Positions 26,484 to 36,287 of a DNA stretch of 54,934 bases are shown here, one piece after another. The first letter of the stretch is position 1. Every line of letters starts with the position of its first letter. This DNA comes from an uncultured Opitutaceae bacterium. GTDB lineage: Bacteria > Verrucomicrobiota > Verrucomicrobiia > Opitutales > Opitutaceae. The notes beneath the pieces are model-generated. The model was not told the origin of the DNA and made no database searches. It saw only the letters and a program-made list of their open reading frames with translations. The translations under genes were made by a program, and so were the position numbers. The stretch spans positions 1 through 54,934 of the forward strand of contig CAZCAJ010000023.1 in NCBI GenBank assembly GCA_964496645.1, given 5' to 3'.

Positions 26484-27626
26484 CTAGGCCCGGCGCCTCC
26501 ACGACGCGACAAACATCCCGTTTGCGTCGAGGTCCTGCGGGTAGAGCGAAATCCGGGAGCCGGCCGGTCCCGCTGCGATGGGAAGCGGCGCCGGCTCAAA
26601 GTCGGGATGGGATCCCTCAAAGCCGTCGGCGACGGCCGCGGTCTCGCTCCGGGTGAGGGTGCAGACGGAATAGACCAGCCTGCCGCCGGGCTTCACCGAG
26701 GCGGCCGCGCGCGCAAGCAGGTCCCCCTGGACCCCGGCCAGCTCACGGACGTCCTCGATCGACACCTCCCAGCGCGCGTGCGGGTTGCGCTGCCAGGTGC
26801 CGACGCCGCTGCACGGGGCGTCGACCAGCACGCCGTCGCACTTCGTCCGGAACGGCGCGGGCCCCGCTCCGGTCCAGGCCGCCGCGCGGTAGTTGAAGAC
26901 GCCGGCGCGCGCGGCGCGCCGCCTGAGGACCGAGAGCCGCCGAAGGGACCGGTCGGTCGACCAGATCAGGCCCCCGTTGCGCATCAGGTCCGAGAGGTGG
27001 AGCGTCTTCCCTCCCTCGCCGGCGCAGGCGTCCCACCAGGTCTCGCCGGGCCGCGGGTTGCAGGCATGGCCCACGAGCTGCGACGAGAGGTCCTGGATCT
27101 CGAAGGCGCCCGACTGGAACCCGGGGGCCCTGTGAAGGTCGGCCGTCCCGAGGTAGCGCATCGCGGCCAGGTCGGCCGGGGTCGAGACCGGGCCGGGGAG
27201 GCTGGGCTCCCCGCAGCCGCCGAGGCTTCGGGCCACCTCGGCCCCGGCGCCGATCTTCGCGCGGATCCAGAGCGGGGGCTCCCTCTGGAGCTGGCGCAGG
27301 AAGCCCGCCGGCAGGTCCATCTCCCCGCCGAGCCATGCCGGCACGGCGCGCGCTGCGAGCGCCTCGGCCTTCACGCTCGAGGGGTCCCTCTCGAACCTCG
27401 CCTGCATGCCGAGCGCGCCGACGATCCGCCTTTGAGCCGATTGGCCCGGATCAAGCCAATGGAGCCAGCGGAAGTATGAGAACACCGCCCGGCTGACCGA
27501 GCGCTTTCCTATGGAGCCGAGGCTGCGCGTGCGCGCGAGGTACTCGCGGAGCGCGGCGTCGGCCGGGACGCCGGGCCGGGCCAGGGCCAGCACCCGGGCC
27601 GCGTGGTTCTCTAGCGTCTCGCCCAT
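26484..27626 (-). CDS. rsmB: 16S rRNA (cytosine-C5)-methyltransferase RsmB/Sun family
   Basis: SAM-MTase motif DACAGEGGKT; the two catalytic Cys (DAPCSG and CTL); N-terminal NusB-like region. Start at MGETLENH (ATG 27626); upstream in-frame sequence is low-complexity. Confidence 0.8.
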   Translation of the reverse strand: MGETLENHAARVLALARPGVPADAALREYLARTRSLGSIGKRSVSRAVFSYFRWLHWLDPGQSAQRRIVGALGMQARFERDPSSVKAEALAARAVPAWLGGEMDLPAGFLRQLQREPPLWIRAKIGAGAEVARSLGGCGEPSLPGPVSTPADLAAMRYLGTADLHRAPGFQSGAFEIQDLSSQLVGHACNPRPGETWWDACAGEGGKTLHLSDLMRNGGLIWSTDRSLRRLSVLRRRAARAGVFNYRAAAWTGAGPAPFRTKCDGVLVDAPCSGVGTWQRNPHARWEVSIEDVRELAGVQGDLLARAAASVKPGGRLVYSVCTLTRSETAAVADGFEGSHPDFEPAPLPIAAGPAGSRISLYPQDLDANGMFVASWRRRA

Positions 27627-30600
27627 CCGGTGTCCGGCTTCAGCTCGAGCGGCCGCGCCTCGAGCGCGATCCCGGCGACGCTGGGATGGGAGCGCAGTTC
27701 CAGGAACACCGGCGCCGTAAGGCGCCACGAGAGCGCGGCGCTCGCCTGCGCCACGGGCGCGTCTCCCTCCTCCATCGGGAACGCGAACTCGATCCTCGTG
27801 TCGCCCGGCTCGCGGACGACGGTCTCGCGGAGCCCGCGCAGGAAGTCGCCGGTCCCGGGGTGGTCCGGCTTCAGCAGCCAGGTCACCTTGCGCACGAGCC
27901 GCGCCACCGCCGCGTCGAGCGGGTAGCATTCCCTGACGTTGACGCGGGGGCCGTCGGCCCCGCGTATGACGTTGCCCTGGACAAGGACCGGCGCGCCCTC
28001 GGCGAGTGCGGGCCCGTATGCGGCGTAGGCGTCGGCGAACATGTTGAGCGCGATCGTCGGCCCGCGCGTCGCCAGCGTGAACGCGACCCACGGCCGGTTG
28101 TCCCTCTTCGCGTATTTCTTGGCGATGTTGCCCGCGATCCCGCAAAGCCGGAATTCCCCCCGGTCGGGAAGGCTTGAGAGCTCGTCCGCGGGCGCCGTGT
28201 CGATCGCCTCCCAGAGCCCGGCGTAGCTGTTCATCGGGTGGCCCGTGACGTAGAACCCGAGCAGTTCCTTCTCGAAGGTGAGCCGGTCCCGCGCGCTGAA
28301 GTCCGCCGCCGGGTCGGCATCGCCGGGGCCGGCGCCGTTGGCGGGGGCCGCGGTCGCGGCGAGCATCACGAGGAACGTGTCCTGCCCGGCCGCCTTGTCG
28401 CGCGCGCGGGCCGTGCCCGCCGCGATCGCCGCGTCGATCCCGCCGAAGATCCTGCGCCGGCTCGCGCCGCTGAAGTCAAAGGCTCCGGTCTTGACCAGGT
28501 GCTCGAGGACGCGCTTGTTGACGGCCCGCCCGTCGACGCGCGCGGCGAAGTCCTCGAAGTCCGCGAACGGGCCTTTCGCCTCCCTCTCGGCGATGATCCG
28601 CTGCGCCGCCAGCTCGCCCACGCCCTTTATCCCGGCGAGGCCGAACCGGATCCTGGCGCCCACCGGCGTGAACATCTCGCGCGACTCGTTGACGTCGGGG
28701 CCCATCACGTCCAGGCCCATCGCCCCGCACTCGGCGATGAAATGGGCGACCTTGTCGGCGTTGCCGAGCTCGGAGCTGAGCATGGCCGCCATGAACTGCA
28801 CGGGGTGGTTGGCCTTGAGGAAGGCCGTCTGGTAGCTCAGGAGGGCGTAGGCCGCCGAGTGCGACTTGTTGAACCCGTATCCCGCGAACTTGTAGAGGAT
28901 GTCGAAGATCGCGTCCGATGTCTCCTCGTCGATCCCGTGCAGCCGCCTCGCGCCCTCGACAAACTTTCCCCGCTCCTTGTCCATGGCCTCCGGATCCTTC
29001 TTGCCCATGGCCCTGCGGAGCATGTCGGCGCCCCCGAGGGTGTAGCCCGCTATGATCTTCGCCGCCTCCATGACCTGTTCCTGGTAGACCATCACGCCGT
29101 AGGTCTCGCGGCAGACCTCCTCGAGTAGCGGGTGGGGGAAGCGCACCGTGCTCGGGTCCCGCTTTCCCCGGATGTAGTCGGGTATCCACTCCATCGGCCC
29201 CGGCCGGTAGAGCGCGATGAGCGCGATGATCTCGTCGATGGAGGACACCTGGAGCTGCCTGCAGAGGTTCTGCATGCCGCCCGACTCCAGCTGGAACACG
29301 CCGGTCGTCCTGCCGGTGTTGAGGAGCGCGAAGGTCTTCGCGTCGTCGATGGGGATCTTCTCGATGTCAAAGCCGGGGTCGGCCGTCCGGCGGATGTTGT
29401 CCACGGCGTCCGCGATCACGGTGAGCGTCTTCAGCCCGAGGAAGTCCATCTTGAGCAGGCCGAGCTTCCCGACGGCGTTCATGTCGAACTGCACCGTCAC
29501 GTCGCCCTCCTGCAGGGTCAGGGGCACGAACTCCTCCAGGGGCTGGTCGGTGATGATGATGCCGGCCGCGTGCTTGCCCGTGTTCCGGACCATCCCCTCG
29601 AGCACCTTCGCCTGCTCGAAGATCTTGGTCGCGGCGGGATTCTTCGCCACCTCCTCGCGCAGCTCGGCGGACTTCGCGACGGCCTGCTCGAGGGTGATGT
29701 TGAGCTCGTCCGGTATCATCTTCGCCAGCCGGTCGGCCTCGGCGTACGCTAGGTTGTGGACGCGCGAGACGTCTCGGATCACCATCTTCGCGCCGAGCGT
29801 GCCGTAGGTGATGATGTTCGCGACGCAGCCGGCGCCGTACTTGAGCCTCACGTAGTCGATGACCTCGCCCCTGCGGCGCATGCAGAAGTCGATGTCGAAG
29901 TCTGGCGGCGAGACGCGCTCGGGGTTTAGGAACCTCTCGAAGAGCAGCTTGAACCGGAGGGGATCGAGGTTGGTTATCCCCAGCAGGTAGGCGACGAGGC
30001 AGCCCGCACCGGAGCCGCGGCCCGGGCCGACGGGGATGCCCTTCGACTTCGACCAGTCGATGAAATCCCAGACGACGAGGAAGTAGTCGACGAAGCCGGT
30101 CGACGCTATGACGCCGAGCTCGTACTCGAGCCGCTCGACCAGGATGCGCGCCCTGTCCGGGTCCGCGGCAGCCTCGGGCGCGCCGAAGTCGACGCCGTAC
30201 CGGCGCCGCAGGCCCTCGATGCAGAGGCGCCTCAGGTACCCGGGCCGGTCAGTCCCGACGTCGGGCGGAAGGGGATACTTGGGGTAGCGCTCGCTCCCCG
30301 TCGGGAATGGGATCGTCAAGTCGCACATCTCCGCGACCGCCTCGGTGTTGCCGACCGCGTCTGGGACCTCGGCGAACAGGCGCTCCATCTCGGCGCGCGA
30401 CTTGAGGTAGAACTGCTGCCCCTCGAATCGCATCCGCTTCTCGTCGTCTATTTTCGCACCGGTCTGGATGCACAGCAGGGCGTCGTGCGGGCCGGCGTCG
30501 GACGCGTGCACGTAGTGGACGTCGTTCGTGCACACGATCCTGAGGCCGAACTCGCGGGCGAGCTTGAGGAGGCCGGGGATGATCCTGCGCTGCTCGGCGA

Positions 30601-31171
30601 TGCCGTGGTCCTGGACCTCCACGAGGTAGTTCTCGCGGCCGAAGATGTCCACGAAGCGCGCCGTCGCCTTGCGGGCCTCCTCCCAGCGCTCGTTTATCAG
30701 GTGCTGCGGGACCAGGGACGCCAGGCATCCCGTGAACCCGATAAGGCCCTTCGCGTGGCGGGCGAGGGTGTCGAGGTCGGTGCGGGGCCTGTAGTAGAAG
30801 CCCTTCAGGTGGGCGTCGCTGACCAGCTTGAGCAGGTTCTGATAGCCGCCGATGTCCCGGGCCAGGAGGCCGAGGTGGAATATGCTCCTGCCCTCGTCGC
30901 TGCGTCCCTGCTTCTCGAGCCGGGAGCCCTCGGCGAGATAGAGTTCGCAGCCGATCAGCGGCTTGATCCCCTTGCTCTTCGCGGCCGTGTAGAAGTCAAT
31001 GGCTCCAAACAGGTTGCCGTGGTCGGTTAGCGCGAGCGCCGTCATGCCGAGCTCGCCGGCCCGCTGGGTCAGCCTGTCGATCCTGCACGCCCCGTCGAGC
31101 AGGCTGTAATCCGAGTGGACGTGGAGATGGACGAAATTCCTGTTGGTGGACGGCACGCGAGGCTTAACCAA
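27611..31171 (-). CDS. dnaE: DNA polymerase III alpha subunit
   Basis: 1186 aa; N-terminal PHP domain FVHLHVHSDYSLLDG; conserved polymerase core; C-terminal OB fold. Start uncertain: TTG at 31171, or an in-frame GTG 15 nt downstream. Confidence 0.93.
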   Translation of the reverse strand: MVKPRVPSTNRNFVHLHVHSDYSLLDGACRIDRLTQRAGELGMTALALTDHGNLFGAIDFYTAAKSKGIKPLIGCELYLAEGSRLEKQGRSDEGRSIFHLGLLARDIGGYQNLLKLVSDAHLKGFYYRPRTDLDTLARHAKGLIGFTGCLASLVPQHLINERWEEARKATARFVDIFGRENYLVEVQDHGIAEQRRIIPGLLKLAREFGLRIVCTNDVHYVHASDAGPHDALLCIQTGAKIDDEKRMRFEGQQFYLKSRAEMERLFAEVPDAVGNTEAVAEMCDLTIPFPTGSERYPKYPLPPDVGTDRPGYLRRLCIEGLRRRYGVDFGAPEAAADPDRARILVERLEYELGVIASTGFVDYFLVVWDFIDWSKSKGIPVGPGRGSGAGCLVAYLLGITNLDPLRFKLLFERFLNPERVSPPDFDIDFCMRRRGEVIDYVRLKYGAGCVANIITYGTLGAKMVIRDVSRVHNLAYAEADRLAKMIPDELNITLEQAVAKSAELREEVAKNPAATKIFEQAKVLEGMVRNTGKHAAGIIITDQPLEEFVPLTLQEGDVTVQFDMNAVGKLGLLKMDFLGLKTLTVIADAVDNIRRTADPGFDIEKIPIDDAKTFALLNTGRTTGVFQLESGGMQNLCRQLQVSSIDEIIALIALYRPGPMEWIPDYIRGKRDPSTVRFPHPLLEEVCRETYGVMVYQEQVMEAAKIIAGYTLGGADMLRRAMGKKDPEAMDKERGKFVEGARRLHGIDEETSDAIFDILYKFAGYGFNKSHSAAYALLSYQTAFLKANHPVQFMAAMLSSELGNADKVAHFIAECGAMGLDVMGPDVNESREMFTPVGARIRFGLAGIKGVGELAAQRIIAEREAKGPFADFEDFAARVDGRAVNKRVLEHLVKTGAFDFSGASRRRIFGGIDAAIAAGTARARDKAAGQDTFLVMLAATAAPANGAGPGDADPAADFSARDRLTFEKELLGFYVTGHPMNSYAGLWEAIDTAPADELSSLPDRGEFRLCGIAGNIAKKYAKRDNRPWVAFTLATRGPTIALNMFADAYAAYGPALAEGAPVLVQGNVIRGADGPRVNVRECYPLDAAVARLVRKVTWLLKPDHPGTGDFLRGLRETVVREPGDTRIEFAFPMEEGDAPVAQASAALSWRLTAPVFLELRSHPSVAGIALEARPLELKPDTGWARR

Positions 31172-31549
31172 GATCAGTGCGCCGGAGGCGCAAGCAGGAA
31201 GGGGTGCAATGTGACCGAGGGCTTGCCATTGGCGGCAGGTCGGCTTGGAGTCCGCTTCGTGTGCATCAATGACTGACCCACACTTGCGGGATGTACAGTA
31301 TTGAACGCGTTGGGCCCATAAGGGGGCGTTTTAAGGTCCTTGAAGGCCCCGTGCACGCCAGGCGTGGCGCACTTCGGCAACCCCCGGCCCCGGCCGCACT
31401 CGGGCCGGGACGGCGCATCGGCCGGCGCCGCCGGGCCGGCGACGCTGGCGATCACCCGGCGAAGGCGGGCGCACGTGCCCGACGCGACCGCGATGCCATA
31501 GCCGGTCATCCGCTTTCCCTGGAGTCCAGGGCTTCAACAACCAACCCCC

Positions 31550-33355
31550 ATGAATTACATCTCCTGGGGCATCATCGCGGTGGTCGCGATCATCGCCCTC
31601 CTCAACTACAAGCTGATCATCCGCATCCTCGGGATGGTCATCATCCCCAACAACGGGGTTGGCATCGTGACCAAGAAGTTCTGCCTGGGCGGTGTGAACA
31701 CCACGCTGCCCAACGGCAAGATCATCGCCCTCAACGGCGAGGCGGGCATCCAGGGTGACACGCTCGCCCCCGGCCTGCACTTCTGGCTGTGGCCGTGGCA
31801 GTTCTCCGTGCAGGTGGCGCCGTTCCTCACCGTGCCCGACGGCAAGCTGGGCGTCGTGGACGCCCGCGATGGCGAGCCCATCGCGACCGGGCGCGTGCTC
31901 GCCCGGCACGTGGACTGCAACGCGTTCCAGGACGCTAGGGCGTTCCTTAAGAACGGCGGCCAGCGCGGCCCGCAGATCGCAGTGATGCCTCCAGGCACCT
32001 ACCGCATCAACATGCAGCTGTTCACCGTCCAGCTCGTCGACGCCCTCGAGGTTCACGACGGCACCGTGGGCATCGTGACGACCAAGGACGGAGCCACGCT
32101 GCCTCCGGGAGAGATCGCGGGCAGCACGGTGCCGGGTCACCAGACGTTCCAGGACGGCGAGGCCTTCGTCGCGGCGGGCGGCTACAAGGGCCTGCAAGAG
32201 CAGGTGATGCTCCAGGGCCGCTACTTCGTGAACCCTGAATTCGTCACGGTCGAGGAGGTGCCGCTCACGGAGGTTCCGATCGCGCACGCCGGGGTGGTCA
32301 TCGCCTACGTCGGGCCGAAGGGCAACGACGTGACCGGCGAGAACTTCAAGCACGGCAACCTCGTCGAGAGGGGCAACAAGGGTGTGTGGATAGAGCCGCT
32401 TGACCCCGGTCGCTACCCGATCAACCCCTTCACCCACAAGGTGGAGGTCGTCCCCACGGCCAACGTGGTTCTCAACTGGGCCAACGGGAAGAGCGAGGCG
32501 CACCAGCTGGACAAGAACCTGTCCACGATCACCGTGCGCTCAAGCGACGGCTTCACGTTCAACCTGGACGTGTCGCAGATCATCCACATCCCGCGGAACG
32601 ACGCGCCCCGCGTCATCGCCCGTTTTGGCAACATGCTGAACCTGGTCACCCAGGTGCTGGAGCCGACCATCGGCAACTACTTCCGCAACGCGGCCCAGAA
32701 GTCCGACGTGATCGTGTTCCTGAAGGCGCGCTCCGAGCGGCAGGCCGACGCCAAGGCGCAGATCAGCGCCGCCCTCGAGCAGTACAACGTCGGCGCGGTC
32801 GACACGCTCATCGGGGACATCACGCCCCCGGCCGAGCTGATGAAGACGCTCACCGACCGGAAGATCGCCGAGCAGGAGCAGGTGACCTACGAGACGCAGC
32901 GGCAGGCGCAGGTCGTGCGCCAGCAGCTGGAGCAGGCGACCGCGCTCGCCACCACGCAGGCGCGGGTCGTCGACTCCGAGCGCAGCGTGCAGATCGCCGA
33001 GTTTGGCGCCAACGCCGTCGTCAAGAAGGCCGAGGGCGAGGCCAAGGCGAAGACGATCGTGGCCGCCGCCGACGCCAACGTCGTCATAACGGTCGGCACC
33101 GCCGAGGCGGAAAAGATCATGAAGATCGGCTCGTCCGAGGCCAGCGTCATCAAGCAGAAGGGAGAGGCGATCACCGCCGACAACTTCGTAGCGATCGAGG
33201 TCGCGAAGGCCCTGGCCGCCAGCGGCCAGCGCCTGGTTCCCGACATCGCCATCGCCGGCGGCGGGGACGGGAAGGCGTCGCTGATCGACGTGGTCCTTGC
33301 CTCCATCGTCAAGCAGGGCCTCCAGGCCAAGCCTGGCGGTCCCGCTGCGGGGTGA
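31550..33355 (+). CDS. Flotillin-like SPFH/Band-7 domain membrane protein (YqiK/FloT family)
   Basis: N-terminal TM helix; SPFH domain; long C-terminal Ala/Glu/Gln-rich coiled coil (EA repeats); 601 aa. Confidence 0.85.
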   Translation: MNYISWGIIAVVAIIALLNYKLIIRILGMVIIPNNGVGIVTKKFCLGGVNTTLPNGKIIALNGEAGIQGDTLAPGLHFWLWPWQFSVQVAPFLTVPDGKLGVVDARDGEPIATGRVLARHVDCNAFQDARAFLKNGGQRGPQIAVMPPGTYRINMQLFTVQLVDALEVHDGTVGIVTTKDGATLPPGEIAGSTVPGHQTFQDGEAFVAAGGYKGLQEQVMLQGRYFVNPEFVTVEEVPLTEVPIAHAGVVIAYVGPKGNDVTGENFKHGNLVERGNKGVWIEPLDPGRYPINPFTHKVEVVPTANVVLNWANGKSEAHQLDKNLSTITVRSSDGFTFNLDVSQIIHIPRNDAPRVIARFGNMLNLVTQVLEPTIGNYFRNAAQKSDVIVFLKARSERQADAKAQISAALEQYNVGAVDTLIGDITPPAELMKTLTDRKIAEQEQVTYETQRQAQVVRQQLEQATALATTQARVVDSERSVQIAEFGANAVVKKAEGEAKAKTIVAAADANVVITVGTAEAEKIMKIGSSEASVIKQKGEAITADNFVAIEVAKALAASGQRLVPDIAIAGGGDGKASLIDVVLASIVKQGLQAKPGGPAAG

Positions 33356-33475
33356 GCCCCCAATCTCATCCGGCAGGCCAAGCGGGGCCATCGGGTTACG
33401 GGGAAACCGCTCAAGAGCCCCCCGGGGCCGATCGCCCCGGGGGCAGACTGACCCACGACCTTTCCCTTTTAACCG

Positions 33476-33510
33476 TTGACGGTGCCGCCCCGGCGTGGCC
33501 TAATAAACGA
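33476..33510 (+). promoter_or_regulatory. Putative sigma-70 promoter for rpsU
   Basis: TTGACG (33476-33481), a 17-nt spacer, then CCTAAT (33499-33504), about 30 nt upstream of the rpsU ATG; an AT-rich island in an otherwise 70% GC region. Confidence 0.35.
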
Positions 33511-33538
33511 CTTTTCCTCAAAGTACCGTCCGCAGCCA

Positions 33539-33736
33539 ATGTCCATCGAAATCAAGATCCGCAAGAGCGAGCCCATCGACCGTGCGCTCCGCCGCATGAA
33601 GAAGAAGCTCGACCGCGAGAACATCATCAAGGGCACCCGCGCCAAGCGCTACTATGAAAAGCCCTGCGAGAAGCGCCGCCGCAAGGAGAAGATCCAGGCC
33701 TTCACGGCGATGCTCAGACGCCGCTACGACAGCTGA
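33539..33736 (+). CDS. rpsU: 30S ribosomal protein S21
   Basis: 65 aa, basic; MSIEIKIRKSEPIDRALRRMKKKLDRENI... is a near-canonical S21. Confidence 0.93.
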   Translation: MSIEIKIRKSEPIDRALRRMKKKLDRENIIKGTRAKRYYEKPCEKRRRKEKIQAFTAMLRRRYDS

Positions 33737-33758
33737 CCCGCGCGCCTGCGCATCCTGA

Positions 33759-33796
33759 AGCCGCGTTCCGACCCTGGTCGGCCGCGGTTTTTTTTG
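33759..33796 (+). terminator. Rho-independent terminator downstream of rpsU
   Basis: Nested GC hairpin (CCGCG TTC CGACC CT GGTCG G CCGCGG) followed by a T8 run at 33788-33795. Confidence 0.7.
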
Positions 33797-33833
33797 GTGC
33801 AATCCGCGCGGCAAGTTCGATCTTGGAGGTTCA

Positions 33834-34784
33834 GTGAATCCGGTCCCCGCTCTCTCGACATCCTGGTGTTCGCAGCGGCACCGGGACGGATACGCGATGC
33901 TGAGGGAGGTGGCCGACCTCGGCTTTGAGCGGGTCGAGCTCAGCCACGGGGTCCGGATCACGCTGGTCCCGGGAATCCTGAAGGCCGTCGAGGACGGGGT
34001 CGTCAAGGTCGGCTCGACGCACAACTTCTGCCCGCTGCCGATGGGCGTGCAGCACGCCGCGCCCAACCTCTTCCAGCCGTCGTCCGCTGATGACCGCGAA
34101 AGGGAGCAGTGGGCGAGGCAGACCAAGCGGACGATCGACTTCGCCGCCCAGGTCGGGGCCTCCGTCGTGGTCTGCCACCTCGGGAGCGTCGGGTACGTGT
34201 GGCTGCGGCCCGACCGGCAGATGGAGGCCTACCGCCGCGCCCATCCGGACGCGGTCAGGTCGGGGGACAAGGCCTACGCGGCCCTGAGGGAGAAGGCGCT
34301 GGGCAAGTTCAGGAGGCGGATGGCGCCGTTCTGGGAACGGTCCCGGGAGTCCGTGCGCAGCGTGCTCGACTACGCGGCGCAGAAGAAGATCCGCCTCGGC
34401 CTGGAGAACCGCGAGAGCTTCGAGGAGCTCCCGCTGGACGCGGATTTTCCCGAGCTCCTGGCCGCCATGCCGCCCCCCGCCCCCGTGGGATACTGGCACG
34501 ACGCCGGCCATGCGCACCTGAAGGAGACGATGGGGCTCATCGACCACCGCAGGCAGCTTGAGGCAAATGCGGGCCGGCTGCTCGGGTTTCACCTCCACGA
34601 CGTGGATTCAGAGGGCCATGACCACCAGCCGGTCGGATCGGGCGGCGTCGACTTCGAGATGGTGAGCCGGTTCTGGCGCCCGGGGCAGCTGTTCGTCATC
34701 GAGCTCAGCCCGCGCGTGACCGCGGAAGGGGTCGCCTCGTCGAAGGCCCGGGTCGAAGCTCTTCTGGCCAAGATGGCGTCCTGA
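33834..34784 (+). CDS. Sugar phosphate isomerase/epimerase (xylose-isomerase-like TIM barrel) family protein
   Basis: GTG start with a GGAGG Shine-Dalgarno 5 nt upstream; N-terminus LSTSWCSQRHRDGYAMLREVADLGFERVELSHG and a metal-binding His/Glu/Asp pattern; 316 aa. Confidence 0.75.
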   Translation: MNPVPALSTSWCSQRHRDGYAMLREVADLGFERVELSHGVRITLVPGILKAVEDGVVKVGSTHNFCPLPMGVQHAAPNLFQPSSADDREREQWARQTKRTIDFAAQVGASVVVCHLGSVGYVWLRPDRQMEAYRRAHPDAVRSGDKAYAALREKALGKFRRRMAPFWERSRESVRSVLDYAAQKKIRLGLENRESFEELPLDADFPELLAAMPPPAPVGYWHDAGHAHLKETMGLIDHRRQLEANAGRLLGFHLHDVDSEGHDHQPVGSGGVDFEMVSRFWRPGQLFVIELSPRVTAEGVASSKARVEALLAKMAS

Positions 34785-34831
34785 TCGCGGGCCCTGGGGT
34801 CACATCGGCGCCTTCAGGCGAAAAACGGACA

Positions 34832-35359
34832 ATGAGAATGCTCCTTCGCCACCTGGCCGCGATCACGGTCCTTCCGTTCACGGTCACCGTGCTCGTCCCG
34901 CTCTGGATCGCCCGGGACTGCGGCGTGAGGCTGACGGTGGGCGGCGCGGCCGGCTCCACCGCCCTGCAGGTCGTCGGCATCGCCCTCCTCATCGTCGGCC
35001 TTTCCCTCTTCCTGTCCTCGCTGTGGCATTTTGCGACCGAGGGGAAGGGGACACTCGCCCCCTGGGATCCGCCGCGCGAGTTTGTCGCGGGAGGCCCGTA
35101 CCGCTTTGTCCGCAACCCGATGATCTCCGGGGTGTGCTTCGTCCTCTTTGGCGAGGCGCTCGTGCTGTTGTCGCGGCCGCACGCCGTCTGGGCGGCGTGC
35201 TTCGTCATCCTCAACCTGGTCTTCATCCCGCTTGTGGAGGAGCCGCAGCTCGAGCGGCGCTTCGGCGACTCCTACCGGGAATACCGGAGCCATGTGCGCC
35301 GGTTCATCCCGCGCCTGCGCCCGTGGAGCCCCGCGGCGCGGCGCGGCGGCGGCGCGTGA
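34832..35359 (+). CDS. Isoprenylcysteine carboxyl methyltransferase / phospholipid methyltransferase family membrane protein (paralogue 1)
   Basis: 175 aa with 4 TM helices; C-terminal ICMT/PEMT motif GGPYRFVRNPM...EEPQLERRFGDSYREYRSHVRRFIP. Confidence 0.75.
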   Translation: MRMLLRHLAAITVLPFTVTVLVPLWIARDCGVRLTVGGAAGSTALQVVGIALLIVGLSLFLSSLWHFATEGKGTLAPWDPPREFVAGGPYRFVRNPMISGVCFVLFGEALVLLSRPHAVWAACFVILNLVFIPLVEEPQLERRFGDSYREYRSHVRRFIPRLRPWSPAARRGGGA

Positions 35360-35375
35360 CCGGCTCCGGCGGGCG

Positions 35376-36164
35376 ATGCCAATGCGGCGCGGCGCAAGAA
35401 CCCTCGTGATAGTGGTCGCCATTCTCGCTCTCGCATATGTGGCGGTCGGGGTGGCCGTGACCGTGAGCCAGCGAAGCTTCATCTTCTTCCCCACCCACGA
35501 TGGCTTTGACACTCAGCTGAGACCGTGGGTCGCCGGCGGCCAAGTCATCGGCTATTGCCGGGCCGTGGCTGATCCAGGAACCGTGTGGCTCATGGCCCAC
35601 GGCAACGCCGGTCAGGCCAGCCACCGGGCCTACGTCCTTGAGCACATTTCCGGGGCAGATTCCCTCTACGTTCTCGAATACCCGGGCTATGGCCTGCGCA
35701 AGGGGCGCCCCTCGAGGGACTCGATGGATGGCGCGGCCGCAGAGGCATATCGGATCCTTCGCGAGCAGTACCCGGGCACTCCCGTCGGAGTGATCGGCGA
35801 GTCGATCGGAAGCGGGCCGGCGTCCGGCCTGGCATCGGCGCGCGTCCCGCCCGACAAGATCGTCCTGGTGGCCCCGTTCGACACGTTTGCGAGCGTCGTC
35901 GCGGAGCACATGCCGTTCCTTCCGGTCCGGGCCATCCTGCGGGACGACTGGGACAACGTGAGCGCGCTGCGGGGTTACGCGGGCCCGGTCGACATCTATG
36001 GCGCGGTCGACGACACGGTTATCCCGTGCGAGCACGCCAGGCGGCTCGCCGCGGCGCTCAAGAACGCGAGATTCGTCATGATCGAGGGCGGGCACAACGA
36101 CTGGTCGGCCAGCGCATTGGTGCGCATCGAGAGACAGCCTGGAAATGGCGGGCGGACGCGTTGA
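35376..36164 (+). CDS. Alpha/beta-hydrolase fold protein, membrane-anchored
   Basis: N-terminal TM helix; nucleophile elbow GESIGSG; acid and His toward the C-terminus (DDTV...GGHND); 262 aa. Confidence 0.7.
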   Translation: MPMRRGARTLVIVVAILALAYVAVGVAVTVSQRSFIFFPTHDGFDTQLRPWVAGGQVIGYCRAVADPGTVWLMAHGNAGQASHRAYVLEHISGADSLYVLEYPGYGLRKGRPSRDSMDGAAAEAYRILREQYPGTPVGVIGESIGSGPASGLASARVPPDKIVLVAPFDTFASVVAEHMPFLPVRAILRDDWDNVSALRGYAGPVDIYGAVDDTVIPCEHARRLAAALKNARFVMIEGGHNDWSASALVRIERQPGNGGRTR

Positions 36165-36287
36165 CGACCTTGCTATGATCGCGACCTGCGGATAACGTCG
36201 AGGCCCTGCGGAACGCCTACAGCCCATGACCAAACACAACAACCGCAAGCCTCTCCGGAGACGGCACCGCAGCGGAGGGGGTTCACC

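Noticed and set aside
28238-30728. Several ORFs antisense to or off-frame of dnaE (28238..29128 plus strand, 28476..29189 minus strand, 29132..29807 plus strand, 30249..30728 minus strand, 30485..31030 plus strand)
   Set aside because: dnaE homology is continuous over 27611..31171; these are GC-bias ORFs.
33476-33538. N-terminal extension of the rpsU ORF (MTVPPRRGLINDFSSKYRPQP)
   Set aside because: The TTG at 33476 is the TTGACG -35 element. S21 proteins start at MSIEIKIRK, the ATG at 33539.
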